64,000 nucleotides of DNA. Source: Deltaproteobacteria bacterium. GTDB taxonomy: Bacteria; Myxococcota_A; UBA9160; UBA4427. The DNA lies in the NCBI GenBank assembly GCA_029261855.1, contig JAJDAN010000038.1:28051-92050 (forward strand), written 5' to 3'. The position numbers and the translations under genes were made by a program. Shown here one piece after another: positions 17,680 through 29,162 of this stretch. Under the pieces are notes generated by a model. The model did not search any database. It saw only the letters and a list, made by a program, of their open reading frames with translations, and was not told the DNA's origin. Numbering within the stretch: position 1 is the first letter of the stretch; each line of letters begins with the position of its first letter.

Positions 17680-19062
17680 ATGGGCAACTCTCCCTCGAAG
17701 CTGGCGGTGGTGGTCCTGGCCGCGGGCCAGGGCACGCGAATGAAGTCGCGGCGCGCCAAGGTCCTGCACGAGCTGTGTGGGCGCCCGATGCTCGAGCACG
17801 TCCTGTGCGCCGCCGAGTCCCTCGATCCCGAGCGGCTGGTGGTGGTGGTCGGGCGCGACGCCGAGGAGGTGCAGGAACGCTTCTCGGGCCGCTGCGAGTT
17901 CGTGCTGCAGGCCGAGCAGAAGGGCACGGGTCACGCGGTGCTGCAGGCCGAGCCGAAGCTCGCGGACTTCGACGGGGACGTCCTCGTGCTGTACGCCGAC
18001 GTCCCCCTGCTTCGCAGCGAGAGCCTCCAGGCCATGCGCGCGGAGAAGCAACGAGACGGCGCGGACCTGCTGATCCTGACCGCCGAGGCGCCCACGATCC
18101 CCGGGCGCATCCTGCGTGATTCGGTTGGCCGGGTCGAACGGGTCGTCGAGATGCAGGACGCGACGAAGGAAGAGCTGGCGATCGCCGAGCGCAACACGGG
18201 CGTCTACCTGCTCGATGCGCAGCTGCTGCGCAGCTGTCTGGCAAGACTCGAAGCCTCGAACGCCCAGGGGGAGCTCTACCTCACCGACGTCGTGCAGCTC
18301 GCCGTGGGCGACGGCAAGAAGGTGTCCGCAAGCCTGCTCGACGACGCCGACGAGTGCCTCGGGATCAACACCCGGGAAGAGCTCGCGGACGCCGTGGCGG
18401 TGCTGCGAGGGCGGATCAACCGCCGCTGGATGGAAGAAGGCGTCACGATCGTCGATCCCGCGTGCACCTACATCGACATGGACGTCGAGATCGGCCGCGA
18501 CACCCTGATCGAGCCGGGCTGCCAGATCACCGGCGCGACCCGGATCGGAGAGGGTTGCCGCATCAAGGCCTATACGACCATCGAATCGAGCCAGCTGATG
18601 GACGACGTGGAGATCGGGCCGAACGCGCATCTGCGTCCCAACGTCGAGCTCGGCAAGGGCGTGAAGATCGGCAACTTCGTCGAGGTGAAGAACTCGGTGA
18701 TCGGGGCGGGAACCAAGGCTGCGCACCTGACCTACATCGGCGATGCCGACGTGGGAGCCGGCGTGAACTTCGGCTGCGGCAGCGTGGTCGTGAACTACGA
18801 CGGCATCTCGAAGAATCGGACGACCATCGGCGACGACGTCTTCATCGGCTGCAACGTGAATCTGCTCTCGCCCATCGTCGTGCAGGACCACTCGTTCCTG
18901 GCGGCGGGGTCGACCTTGAACCGAGAGGTGCCCCAGCACGCGCTGGCGGTGGCACGGGCCAAGCAGCGGAACGTCGAGGGCTGGATGAAGCGCCGGCAGG
19001 CCCAGAAGGAAGCTGCACAGAGAAAGAAAGAAGAAGCCCGCAAGGACGGCAGCGACGAGTAG
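17680..19062 (+). CDS. glmU: bifunctional UDP-GlcNAc pyrophosphorylase / GlcN-1-P N-acetyltransferase
   Basis: 460 aa from ATG 17680, preceded by AGGAAG. LAAGQGTRMKS, C-terminal hexapeptide-repeat beta-helix (IGNFVEVKNSVIGAGTKAAHLTYIGD...). ATG 17656 is an alternative start. Confidence 0.9.
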   Translation: MGNSPSKLAVVVLAAGQGTRMKSRRAKVLHELCGRPMLEHVLCAAESLDPERLVVVVGRDAEEVQERFSGRCEFVLQAEQKGTGHAVLQAEPKLADFDGDVLVLYADVPLLRSESLQAMRAEKQRDGADLLILTAEAPTIPGRILRDSVGRVERVVEMQDATKEELAIAERNTGVYLLDAQLLRSCLARLEASNAQGELYLTDVVQLAVGDGKKVSASLLDDADECLGINTREELADAVAVLRGRINRRWMEEGVTIVDPACTYIDMDVEIGRDTLIEPGCQITGATRIGEGCRIKAYTTIESSQLMDDVEIGPNAHLRPNVELGKGVKIGNFVEVKNSVIGAGTKAAHLTYIGDADVGAGVNFGCGSVVVNYDGISKNRTTIGDDVFIGCNVNLLSPIVVQDHSFLAAGSTLNREVPQHALAVARAKQRNVEGWMKRRQAQKEAAQRKKEEARKDGSDE

Positions 19063-19136
19063 ATCTCGCAGCCGATGGAACGCCCGGCCGCCGAGCGGTA
19101 GCCAAGCAGTCGGGGGCCGACCAGGAGACAGAGCGC

Positions 19137-20987
<1,851 letters not shown>

Positions 20988-21003
20988 GCGCTACCCCTCC
21001 TTC

Positions 21004-22455
21004 GTGACGGAGACGCAAGAGGGCTCCTCCTCGGGCTCCAACTCGGGCTCCAACTGGGAGATGCCCGCCTACGGGCTGCTGCTGGCCTGGTTCGCCGTCC
21101 GCATCGCATACCTGGCCTTCGAGCTGCATCCCTACGTCCCGCCCGACGAGGCGACGCACGTCGGTCGGGTGCTCGCCTACGCGAAGGTCTTCGGGGTGCC
21201 GGACAACGGGCCCGGGACCTTCGAGCTGGGCCTGCTCGATCACCGTCCCTGGCTCTACTACTGGGCCATGGCCCGGGCGCTCTCCCTGAACGTGTTCGGA
21301 CTGCAGGATCTCGTATTCCTGCGGCTGGTGAACGGGCTGCTCGGGCTGGCGACGGCGGCGGTGGGCATCCTCTGGGTGCGCGACTGGTGCACCAGTCCCT
21401 GGGCGCGGGTCCTGTTCGCCGCGTTGATCACGAACACGCTGATGTTCTCCGGCTTGTTTGCGAGCGTCAGCTACGACAACGCCGCGAACCTGCTGGCAGC
21501 GACGGCGGTCTTCGGGCTCACGCGTTTCCGCGCCCATCCGAGTGCTTCCGGCCTGTTCGCCCTGGTGGCTGTGCTGCTGGCGGGCTGCCTCACCAAGCGG
21601 ACCCTTCTGCCCTTCGCGCTCGGGGTGGGCCTGCTCGTGGTGGTGCGAGACTGGCGCCGAGTGCCCGCGCTGCTGGTGCAGGTCGCGTCGCAACGGCAGG
21701 CGCTCGGGTGGCTGGTCGTCGTCCTCGTCCTGGCTGGATTCAGCGCGGGTCTCTACGGGGGGAACCTCGTTCGCTTCGGGAAGCTGACGCCGGGCTTCGA
21801 GCAGGTGGTCGGCGAGCAAAACGCCATGTCGAATCGGATCTATGCGCGCGGCCGCATCCTGGACCGCTTTCGCGACGGCGAGATTTCCCTCGACGAAGCC
21901 CGCGCGCAAGCCCGCAACATCCAGCACCCGGGCGATCGCAACGCGACCCTCTTCCTGCTGAGGCGTGCGCAGGTTCCCGTCGAGTCGCTCGAAGGTCCGT
22001 TCACGTATCTCGGCGTCTGGGGCCGCGGCATGCTGCGCAGCAGCGTCGGATACCTCGGGCATCGTCAGGCACTGCAGTCCGGCGTGGGACTCGTCGGCTA
22101 CGGGGTCGTGCTCGCTGTGGCGCTGCTGCTCTTCGCATGGCGCTGGCGTCCGGGTGACGCGAGCGGCGTTCCGGCGGACGCCGCGTTCCTGGCCCTCGGC
22201 TACGCGTTCGTCCTGGTCGCGTTCGTCCACTATCCGGCCTATCAGAGCTCGCGCTACATCGAGCTGGCCCTGCAGGGGCGCTACCTCTTCCCGGTAGTGC
22301 TGCCGGTCTACGGTCTCGTCGCGTGGACGCTCGCCGAGCGGACGCCCCGGCAGCTGCAGCCGTGGATCGTCACGGTCGTGTCGGCGGGGTATCTGTACGG
22401 CGACCTGCCATGGTTCGTCCGCCAGATCGACGCCCGTTGGGTCATGCCCGGCTGA
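21004..22455 (+). CDS. polytopic membrane protein, DUF2142/GT-C-like
   Basis: 483 aa, GTG start 16 nt after glmS. About 10 hydrophobic segments. First loop has PPDEATHVGRV, reminiscent of the PDE..H motif of DUF2142-type membrane proteins. Family assignment is tentative. Confidence 0.6.
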   Translation: MTETQEGSSSGSNSGSNWEMPAYGLLLAWFAVRIAYLAFELHPYVPPDEATHVGRVLAYAKVFGVPDNGPGTFELGLLDHRPWLYYWAMARALSLNVFGLQDLVFLRLVNGLLGLATAAVGILWVRDWCTSPWARVLFAALITNTLMFSGLFASVSYDNAANLLAATAVFGLTRFRAHPSASGLFALVAVLLAGCLTKRTLLPFALGVGLLVVVRDWRRVPALLVQVASQRQALGWLVVVLVLAGFSAGLYGGNLVRFGKLTPGFEQVVGEQNAMSNRIYARGRILDRFRDGEISLDEARAQARNIQHPGDRNATLFLLRRAQVPVESLEGPFTYLGVWGRGMLRSSVGYLGHRQALQSGVGLVGYGVVLAVALLLFAWRWRPGDASGVPADAAFLALGYAFVLVAFVHYPAYQSSRYIELALQGRYLFPVVLPVYGLVAWTLAERTPRQLQPWIVTVVSAGYLYGDLPWFVRQIDARWVMPG

Positions 22456-22518
22456 GCGGGATCGCGTACTCTCGCACTCCCCCCTTTCCCACCCCAGCGT
22501 CTTCCGGAGAGAGCCCCC

Positions 22519-24726
22519 TTGCTCGCCGATTCGATCCTCGAGGGTCTCAACCCCGAGCAGCGCCGCGCCGTCGAAACCACCGAAGGGCCGCTGCTCGTGC
22601 TGGCAGGCGCCGGCAGTGGCAAGACCCGTGTGCTCACCAGCCGCATCGCCTACCTGATCGGGGCCTGCGGGATTCCCGCCGAGTCGATCCTGGGCGTCAC
22701 CTTCACCAACAAGGCCGCGGGCGAGATGCGCGAGCGGGTGGAGAAGCTACTGGGGCCCTCGGCGGGTGGCTTGTGGTTGTCCACCTTCCATTCCATGTGC
22801 GTGCGGATCCTGCGTCGCGACATCGGCGCCCTCGAGCGAGCGCGTGGCTTCGTCATCTACGACGACGCGGACAGCCTCGGCATCTGCAAGCAGGTGCTGA
22901 AGCGCCATCGCCTCGACCCCCGGCAGTACGACCCGAAGAAGCTGCGCTGGCGAATCGATGAATGGAAGAACCAGGGGCTGCTGCCCGCGGCGGCGGCCGC
23001 CCAGGCGTCGGACATCGACGACGAGCTCAGCGCCGAGCTCTACGGCACCTACCAGCGGCTGCTCTTCGACGCGAACGCCCTCGACTTCGGTGACCTGCTG
23101 CTCCAGACCGTCGAGCTGTTCAAGCGCGCTCCCCAGGTGCTTGCCCACTATCAACGTCGCTGGCAGTACATCCTCGTCGACGAGTACCAGGACACGAACC
23201 GGGTCCAGTACGACCTCGTTCGTCTGCTGGGCGATGCCCACGGAAATCTCTGCGTGGTGGGAGACCCGGACCAGTCGGTGTACGCGTGGCGCGGCGCGGA
23301 CATCCGCAACATCCTGGATTTCGAGAAGGACTATCCGCGCGCGAAGTCGATCAAGCTCGAACGCAACTACCGCTCGACCCAGCCGATCCTGTCCGGGGCC
23401 ACGGCCGTCGTCCAGAACAACCTCGGGCGCAAGAAGAAGAACATGTTCACCGAGCGGGAGGGTGGCGACCTCATCCACTTCTTCGAGGCCCAGGACGAAC
23501 GCGAAGAGGCGAGCTTCGTCATCGGGCACATCCTGCACGGCACGCGCAACGAGGACAAGTCGCTCGGCGACTACGCGATCCTCTACCGCACGAATTCCCA
23601 GTCGCGCGCCTTCGAAGAAGAGCTGCTGAAGTACGACCTGCCGTACACGGTGGTGGGCGGGGTTCGCTTCTACGAACGCGCCGAGATCAAGGACATCCTC
23701 TGCTACTTGCGGCTGCTGGTGAACCCCGACGACGCCCAGGCCCTCGCGCGCATCGTCAACAAGCCGGCGCGTGGCATCGGCAAGACGACCCTCGACCGCG
23801 CCTACGAGCTGTCGGCGGAACGCGAGATCTCGCTGCGCGCGGCCCTCGCGGCCTTCGCCAGCGAGGGCGCCGCCAAGCGGACCGCCAACAAGATCCGTGA
23901 ATTCCTCGACATGATGAACGACCTCGAACGCTTCGCCGAGCGGCCGGTGGACGAGGCCATCAGCGAGACGCTCGAGCGCAGCGGCTACATGAAGGCGCTG
24001 GTCAGCGAAGACAACCCGGACGCGGAGGTGCGCATCGACAACCTGCGCGAGCTGGTCTCGAGCGCCGAGGACTTCCACTCGGTGAACGCCGAGGTCCAGG
24101 ACGAGGACCGCACCGAGCTCGAGCTCTACCTCGACCAGGTGGCGCTGATCTCGGATCTCGACAACTACGAGCACAAGCCCCAGAGCGTGTCGCTCATGAC
24201 CGCCCATTCCGCCAAAGGCCTCGAGTATGCGACGGTCTTCCTGGTGGGGATGGAGGAAGGGGTCTTCCCGCATGCGTCGTCGTCGTACGACGAAGAGCGG
24301 CTCGAGGAAGAGCGGCGCCTCTGTTACGTCGGGATGACCCGGGCCATGGAGAAGCTGTTCATGACCTGCGCGCGTGAGCGGAGGCGCTTCGGGAGCCACA
24401 GCTACCAGTCGCCGTCCCGCTTCCTGCGCGAGGTGCCCGAGGAGCTGATGCAAGTGCAGAGCTCGGCGGCGCGGGGCCGCAGCCCGCGACGAGAACGCCC
24501 GGTGCGACGTTCGCGCGAGGACAGGCTCGACCGGACCTATACGCAGGAAAGCTACGATGAGGGCGACGGCGTGCGACCCGGCATGCGCGTGCGCCATTCC
24601 GTCTTCGGCGTGGGATCCATCGAGGCCGTGGTGGGGGATGGTCTCAACCAGAAGCTGAAGATCAAGTTCGACCGGGCGGGGATCAAGACCGTGATGGTCC
24701 GCTATGCGAACCTCGAGCCCGCGTGA
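22519..24726 (+). CDS. pcrA: ATP-dependent DNA helicase PcrA/UvrD
   Basis: 735 aa, TTG start. AGAGSGKTRVLTSR, DEYQDTN, QSVYAWRGA, YRSTQPIL, and a C-terminal Tudor-like tail. Confidence 0.9.
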   Translation: MLADSILEGLNPEQRRAVETTEGPLLVLAGAGSGKTRVLTSRIAYLIGACGIPAESILGVTFTNKAAGEMRERVEKLLGPSAGGLWLSTFHSMCVRILRRDIGALERARGFVIYDDADSLGICKQVLKRHRLDPRQYDPKKLRWRIDEWKNQGLLPAAAAAQASDIDDELSAELYGTYQRLLFDANALDFGDLLLQTVELFKRAPQVLAHYQRRWQYILVDEYQDTNRVQYDLVRLLGDAHGNLCVVGDPDQSVYAWRGADIRNILDFEKDYPRAKSIKLERNYRSTQPILSGATAVVQNNLGRKKKNMFTEREGGDLIHFFEAQDEREEASFVIGHILHGTRNEDKSLGDYAILYRTNSQSRAFEEELLKYDLPYTVVGGVRFYERAEIKDILCYLRLLVNPDDAQALARIVNKPARGIGKTTLDRAYELSAEREISLRAALAAFASEGAAKRTANKIREFLDMMNDLERFAERPVDEAISETLERSGYMKALVSEDNPDAEVRIDNLRELVSSAEDFHSVNAEVQDEDRTELELYLDQVALISDLDNYEHKPQSVSLMTAHSAKGLEYATVFLVGMEEGVFPHASSSYDEERLEEERRLCYVGMTRAMEKLFMTCARERRRFGSHSYQSPSRFLREVPEELMQVQSSAARGRSPRRERPVRRSREDRLDRTYTQESYDEGDGVRPGMRVRHSVFGVGSIEAVVGDGLNQKLKIKFDRAGIKTVMVRYANLEPA

Positions 24727-24769
24727 TCCACCTTCGAGTGCTGGAGCCCGTCAGCTGGAGACCACGAAG

Positions 24770-24949
24770 ATGAAGCGAATCCGGATCCTGAGCGGGCTGG
24801 TCTGTGCCGCGGCCCTGCTGTCTCTCGGCTCGACCTGCGTGGTCGTCGAGGAAGGCGACCCCGAAGAGCCCGCCTATCGCAACGAGAGCGCCGAAGAGCA
24901 GACAATGGACGACCAGATGGAAGAGGTGGACGAACAGATCAACCGCTGA
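24770..24949 (+). CDS. small secreted acidic protein (hypothetical)
   Basis: 59 aa from ATG 24770, with GGAG ~9 nt upstream. Signal-peptide-like MKRIRILSGLVCAAALLSLGSTC followed by a very acidic tail. Short, with no family recognised. Confidence 0.4.
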   Translation: MKRIRILSGLVCAAALLSLGSTCVVVEEGDPEEPAYRNESAEEQTMDDQMEEVDEQINR

Positions 24950-25580
24950 GGCGGTAGATCTTCGCCGCGATCGTGGGAGAGTCGACGTCCGGGAAGGTGC
25001 GGACGCGGTAGTTCGCGAGCGCCTTCACTGGATGTCCCGGGTTGCCGGGGCGCTGCGGCTCGCCGGCGAGCACCGTCGCTCCACGGACAGCGGCCGCGCG
25101 ACGAAAGCGCTGCATGACCCCGCGCAGGCTCGCTTCGTAGAGGACGTCGCTCGCGAGCAGCAGGTCCCAGTCGTCCGGCACCCGCGCGGCGGCGCGGAAA
25201 ACGCCGGGCTCCAGGCCGTTCAGTGTCGCATTCGCGACGGCGACATCGCGGGCCGCCGGATCGACGTCCACGGCGACGACTTCGCGCGCGCCCGACATCG
25301 CCGCGGCGATGCCGGCGACCCCGGAGCCGCAACCGAAATCCACGACCCGGCGTCCCCGGGCCTCTGCGGGATGATCGAGCAGGAAGCGCGCCAGGGCCTG
25401 CCCGCTTCCCCAGCAGAATGCCCAGTACGGCGGCGAATCGCCTTCGTGCAGTTCATGACATCCTGCTTCCAGGTCCACCTCCTCGGCGATCAACCACAGC
25501 GCGATCTCCGGGCACAGTGGTGGTTGCTGCAGCGAGAGGGAGTGGCCGAAGGGGCGCGGAAGATGGGCCTGCCGGGACAT
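24939..25580 (-). CDS. class I SAM-dependent methyltransferase (PrmA/protein-lysine MTase-like)
   Basis: 213 aa from ATG 25580; the track uses TTG 25607. VVDFGCGSGVAGIAAAMSGAREVVAVDVDPAA SAM-binding motif, followed by DLLLASDVLY. Confidence 0.75.
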   Translation of the reverse strand: MSRQAHLPRPFGHSLSLQQPPLCPEIALWLIAEEVDLEAGCHELHEGDSPPYWAFCWGSGQALARFLLDHPAEARGRRVVDFGCGSGVAGIAAAMSGAREVVAVDVDPAARDVAVANATLNGLEPGVFRAAARVPDDWDLLLASDVLYEASLRGVMQRFRRAAAVRGATVLAGEPQRPGNPGHPVKALANYRVRTFPDVDSPTIAAKIYRLSG

Positions 25581-25606
25581 CGCAGCGAGCGTATCATCCT
25601 GCGCCA

Positions 25607-26962
25607 ATGGCCGACCCCCACGCGACCGACTCCGACGATTCCCTGCCCCGCGCGCCGATCCAGCGCATTACGAAGCCGCTCTCGGACTTCCTGCACGTCG
25701 AAGCGGCGGGTGGCGTGGTTCTCGTCGTCACGAGCGCGCTCGCGCTCGTCCTCGCCAACAGCGATCTGAGCGACGCCTATCTGGCGCTCTGGAAGACGAA
25801 GTTCAGTATCGGCTTCGAGCCGATGACCCATTCCCTGAAACACTGGATCAGCGACGCGCTGATGGTGATCTTCTTCTTCGTCATCGGCCTCGAGGTCAAG
25901 CGCGAGATCGTCGTCGGCGAGCTTCGCGACCGCCGCAAGGCCGTGCTTCCCATCGTGGCCGCGGTTGGCGGGATGGTCGTCCCGGCGGGCATCTATCTCT
26001 TGTTGCAGTGGGGCGAGCCCGGCCAGCACGGCTGGGGCATCCCGATGGCGACCGACATTGCCTTCGTGGTGGGCTGCATGGCGGTGCTGGGCTCGCGGGT
26101 ACCGCCGGGTCTCCGCGTGCTGTTGTTGTCCCTGGCCATCGCCGACGACATCGGTGCGATCCTGGTGATCGCGGTGGGCTACACGGAGACGATCCACTGG
26201 GTTCCCCTCGGCCTCGCGTTCGCAGGGCTCGCTGTCACCTATTCGATGATGCGACTCGGTGTTCGCAGTATCGGCCTGTACGCGGTCGTCGGCGTCGGCG
26301 TGTGGCTGGGCTTCCATGAGTCTGGCGTCCACGCGACGATCGCGGGCGTGATCCTCGGCGTGATGACGCCGCCGGATCGCTGGGTGAGCCAGGGGCGACT
26401 GCAGCAGGTGTTCGGGCAGGCGCACGAGTTCTTGCACGGGGACTGGAGCCTGGCGAGTCAGCGCCGGGCCTTGCTCCAGCGCATGCAGACCGCCGCACGC
26501 GAGGCTCTCTCGCCCCTCGAACGGCTCGAGTACGCACTGCACCCCTGGATGAGCTTCGCGATCGTCCCGCTCTTCGCGCTCGCCAACGCGGGCGTGCCCT
26601 TCGAGCTGGGAGACATCGGCGAGCCGGTGGCCGTGGCCACCGGTCTCGGCCTGGTTCTCGGCAAGCCGCTCGGAATCTTCCTGGCCAGCTTCATCGCCGT
26701 GAAGCTCGGATGGGCGCAGCTGCCTCAGGGTGTCACCTGGGGCGTCCTGATCGGCGGCGGCTTCCTGGCCGGCATCGGGTTCACGATGGCGCTGTTCATC
26801 GCGGGGCTCGCGCTCGACGGCGACATGCTCGACTACGCGAAGGTCGGGACCCTGGCCGGCTCGATCGTGGCGGGTTGTGCGGGCATGGGGCTGCTCTACT
26901 GGCTGCTTCCCGCGGCGGCAGCGTCGCCGCCGGCCGCAGCCACGGCGGCTCCTCCGGAATAG
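25607..26962 (+). CDS. nhaA: Na+/H+ antiporter NhaA
   Basis: 451 aa from ATG 25607. FFFVIGLEVKRE, WGIPMATDIAF, LSLAIADDIGAI. The 128 codons upstream in the track ORF are antisense to the methyltransferase. Confidence 0.9.
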   Translation: MADPHATDSDDSLPRAPIQRITKPLSDFLHVEAAGGVVLVVTSALALVLANSDLSDAYLALWKTKFSIGFEPMTHSLKHWISDALMVIFFFVIGLEVKREIVVGELRDRRKAVLPIVAAVGGMVVPAGIYLLLQWGEPGQHGWGIPMATDIAFVVGCMAVLGSRVPPGLRVLLLSLAIADDIGAILVIAVGYTETIHWVPLGLAFAGLAVTYSMMRLGVRSIGLYAVVGVGVWLGFHESGVHATIAGVILGVMTPPDRWVSQGRLQQVFGQAHEFLHGDWSLASQRRALLQRMQTAAREALSPLERLEYALHPWMSFAIVPLFALANAGVPFELGDIGEPVAVATGLGLVLGKPLGIFLASFIAVKLGWAQLPQGVTWGVLIGGGFLAGIGFTMALFIAGLALDGDMLDYAKVGTLAGSIVAGCAGMGLLYWLLPAAAASPPAAATAAPPE

Positions 26963-29136
26963 TCGACGAAGATCGGGGAGGACCAGGCGCGTTCCTCCAC
27001 GGGACCGAGGCAGTCTTCGTCCTCCGGCACGCTCGCGCATGCGATCGGGTCCGCGTCGATCGCGAGGCTGGGCGCCTCGATGGCGCGCACGTAGTAGACC
27101 GCATCGCGTTGGCCGGCGGCGAAGTCGGGGTCCGTGAACGTGACCCGGCAGCCGGCGGCGTCGGGCTCGCAGGGGATCACCCGCCAGGGATCTTCGACGA
27201 GGGCTTCGATGGCCTCGTCGTCGCGCGTCTGCGGACGGATGCGGACCACCTCGATGCGGGTGATCAGCCGCCGTTCGTCCGAGGGGTTGTAACATTCGCC
27301 CTTGCACAGCCGCGCGAGTGCCTCGGGTGTCAGGGCTGCCTCCGCGAAGTCGGGGCAACCGGGTAGCTGCTCGAGGGATCCGACGGCGCGCACGCGGAAG
27401 ACCGGGTTGCGGGACATCTGCGCGGCGGATCCCATCGGGTACTCGCCACCCCGGGTGCCCGGCGGATTGAGCAGGTCGAACCACAGCAGGATGCGCGGAC
27501 CGCTGGTGCCGTAGACCTCCTTGCGCTTGAGGGCGTCCCAAACAGCGCCGCGATCGCGGCCCTGCGCGTGGGCCGCGACCAGACCGCCCGTCAGGAAGTA
27601 GGACGCCTGTCGCTCGGTCTCGAGCGCTCCGAAGAAGGCGTTCGGGTCGACCTCGATCTCGGCGACCGAGTAGGCGAGGGGGTCGCTGGACCCGAACTCA
27701 CCGCCGAGGATGCTCGACTGGAAGCTCCCGAAGCGCATCTCGGTGGTGTCGCGCCGGTCGAATTCCTTGTAGCCGGTGCCGGGCCGCGCCGAGTGATTGT
27801 CGCTCGACGCCATCATCCCGAAGCGGAAGCGCAGGGGATCGCCGTTCGCGTCCGTGCGTCCCAGGGCCAGGATGTACTGCGCGGCGCCGCGGGGCCGGTA
27901 GTTGAAGGCCGGCAGGAAGCAGTCGCGGCACTGACCGGCGTCTCCCCATTCGGCAGGAGTCTCTCCTGCCACCGTGTGGTGCCCCAGGATGTCGTTCTTC
28001 GCGTAGTTCTGTCGGGCCTCGGCTGCGCGCGCCGCGCACTCTTCTGCGGACTCGCCGGCGCCTGCGCAGCGCTCGGCGATGATCTCGCCGGCACGCCAAC
28101 ACGAGGGCAGGTAGCTCGGTGTGGGTTCGGGGCAGCGCACGCTGCCATCGGGCTCGAAGATCACCTCGCGGTAGCTCTCGAACTCTTCCGAGTTGCCGTG
28201 TCCCGAGTACACCTCGATCATGGTCTGGCGCTCGGGGTCGTGCATCTGCGGCGTGAGCTGCTTGTCCCACTTCGAGCCCATGGGCGTGTAGTAGCCCCAA
28301 GTCGTGCCGTGGGGGATCACGATGGACTCGTGACCCCAGTCATCGAGCTTGGCGAAGAGCAGGTCCGGGGTGGAAGCGGCCTCGAAACAGTCGTCGGGAA
28401 GATCGCGCACCGGGACACCTTCGGCGCACAGCTTGCGGTCGAGCATCTCGTCGAAGTACTTGACCAGCTCGACGCCAGTGCCGCCCATGGCGAGAGGCAG
28501 GATGCCGAGCTCGAAGGCGCTGGGGCCGCCGTCCAGACGAGCGCGGCGGGGCAGCCCGGCGGAAATGGGGCGCGTGGGAATGTGGGCGTCGTCGAGGTCG
28601 CGCAGGACCACGTTCTTGTGGCCCCAGTGGTTTTCCGGCGTGGTGCCGACCTGGGTCCATTCCCAACCGAGGAATGCATGCACGTCGGCGTTCTCGACGT
28701 CGCCGGCGACCTCGTTGCAGGACCGGATGGCCTCGACGGTTTCATCCCACCGTCGCGTGGTCAGCGCCAGTGCGTGGTCGTTGATGGACCAGAAGTCGAG
28801 CTCGGAACAGAAACGCGCGTAGTCGCAGGCGTCGGACACGGGCCGCGCGCCGTCTCCTCCGGAGAGTGGCAGGCTCATCATGAACGCGTCTGTCGAGAAG
28901 CTCGAATGCACGTGCAGGTCGCCGAACAGGATCTGGTGGGCGCCGTCGCCGCCGGCGTTTCGCGCCGCGTCGGTCTGCGCGGCGCTGCGGGACGAGAGGA
29001 CACCGGCAGGAATCGTCGCCGCGGTCGGCTCGCCGCCGTCCTGCGCCTCCCCAAGCACCCCGCTCCCGAGGAAGCGCAGCAGTGCAAGGAAGAGGACGAC
29101 GACGATGGCCAGCAGTACGAGGATTCGCTTGAGCAT
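26896..29136 (-). CDS. DUF3604-family protein (PHP-like metal-dependent hydrolase fold), membrane-anchored/secreted
   Basis: 746 aa from ATG 29136, preceded by AAAGGAG. N-terminal anchor MLKRILVLLAIVVVLFLALL, FGDLHVHSSFSTDA, FWSINDHA, C-terminal ERAWSSPIF. Confidence 0.8.
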   Translation of the reverse strand: MLKRILVLLAIVVVLFLALLRFLGSGVLGEAQDGGEPTAATIPAGVLSSRSAAQTDAARNAGGDGAHQILFGDLHVHSSFSTDAFMMSLPLSGGDGARPVSDACDYARFCSELDFWSINDHALALTTRRWDETVEAIRSCNEVAGDVENADVHAFLGWEWTQVGTTPENHWGHKNVVLRDLDDAHIPTRPISAGLPRRARLDGGPSAFELGILPLAMGGTGVELVKYFDEMLDRKLCAEGVPVRDLPDDCFEAASTPDLLFAKLDDWGHESIVIPHGTTWGYYTPMGSKWDKQLTPQMHDPERQTMIEVYSGHGNSEEFESYREVIFEPDGSVRCPEPTPSYLPSCWRAGEIIAERCAGAGESAEECAARAAEARQNYAKNDILGHHTVAGETPAEWGDAGQCRDCFLPAFNYRPRGAAQYILALGRTDANGDPLRFRFGMMASSDNHSARPGTGYKEFDRRDTTEMRFGSFQSSILGGEFGSSDPLAYSVAEIEVDPNAFFGALETERQASYFLTGGLVAAHAQGRDRGAVWDALKRKEVYGTSGPRILLWFDLLNPPGTRGGEYPMGSAAQMSRNPVFRVRAVGSLEQLPGCPDFAEAALTPEALARLCKGECYNPSDERRLITRIEVVRIRPQTRDDEAIEALVEDPWRVIPCEPDAAGCRVTFTDPDFAAGQRDAVYYVRAIEAPSLAIDADPIACASVPEDEDCLGPVEERAWSSPIFVDYSGGAAVAAAGGDAAAAGSSQ

Positions 29137-29162
29137 GGCGGCTCCTTTGCCTCCTTCGGCGT

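Noticed and set aside
19063-19136. Possible glmS ribozyme upstream of glmS
   Set aside because: The gap is only 74 nt, too short for the ribozyme, and none of its conserved core sequence was recognisable.
21031-21054. Exact 12-bp tandem repeat (TCGGGCTCCAAC x2) inside the 21004 gene. Similar is the KAGEK-coding repeat near 44609-44646.
   Set aside because: These are in-frame low-complexity slippage repeats in terminal tails (SGSN SGSN, AGEK x3), with no evidence of function.
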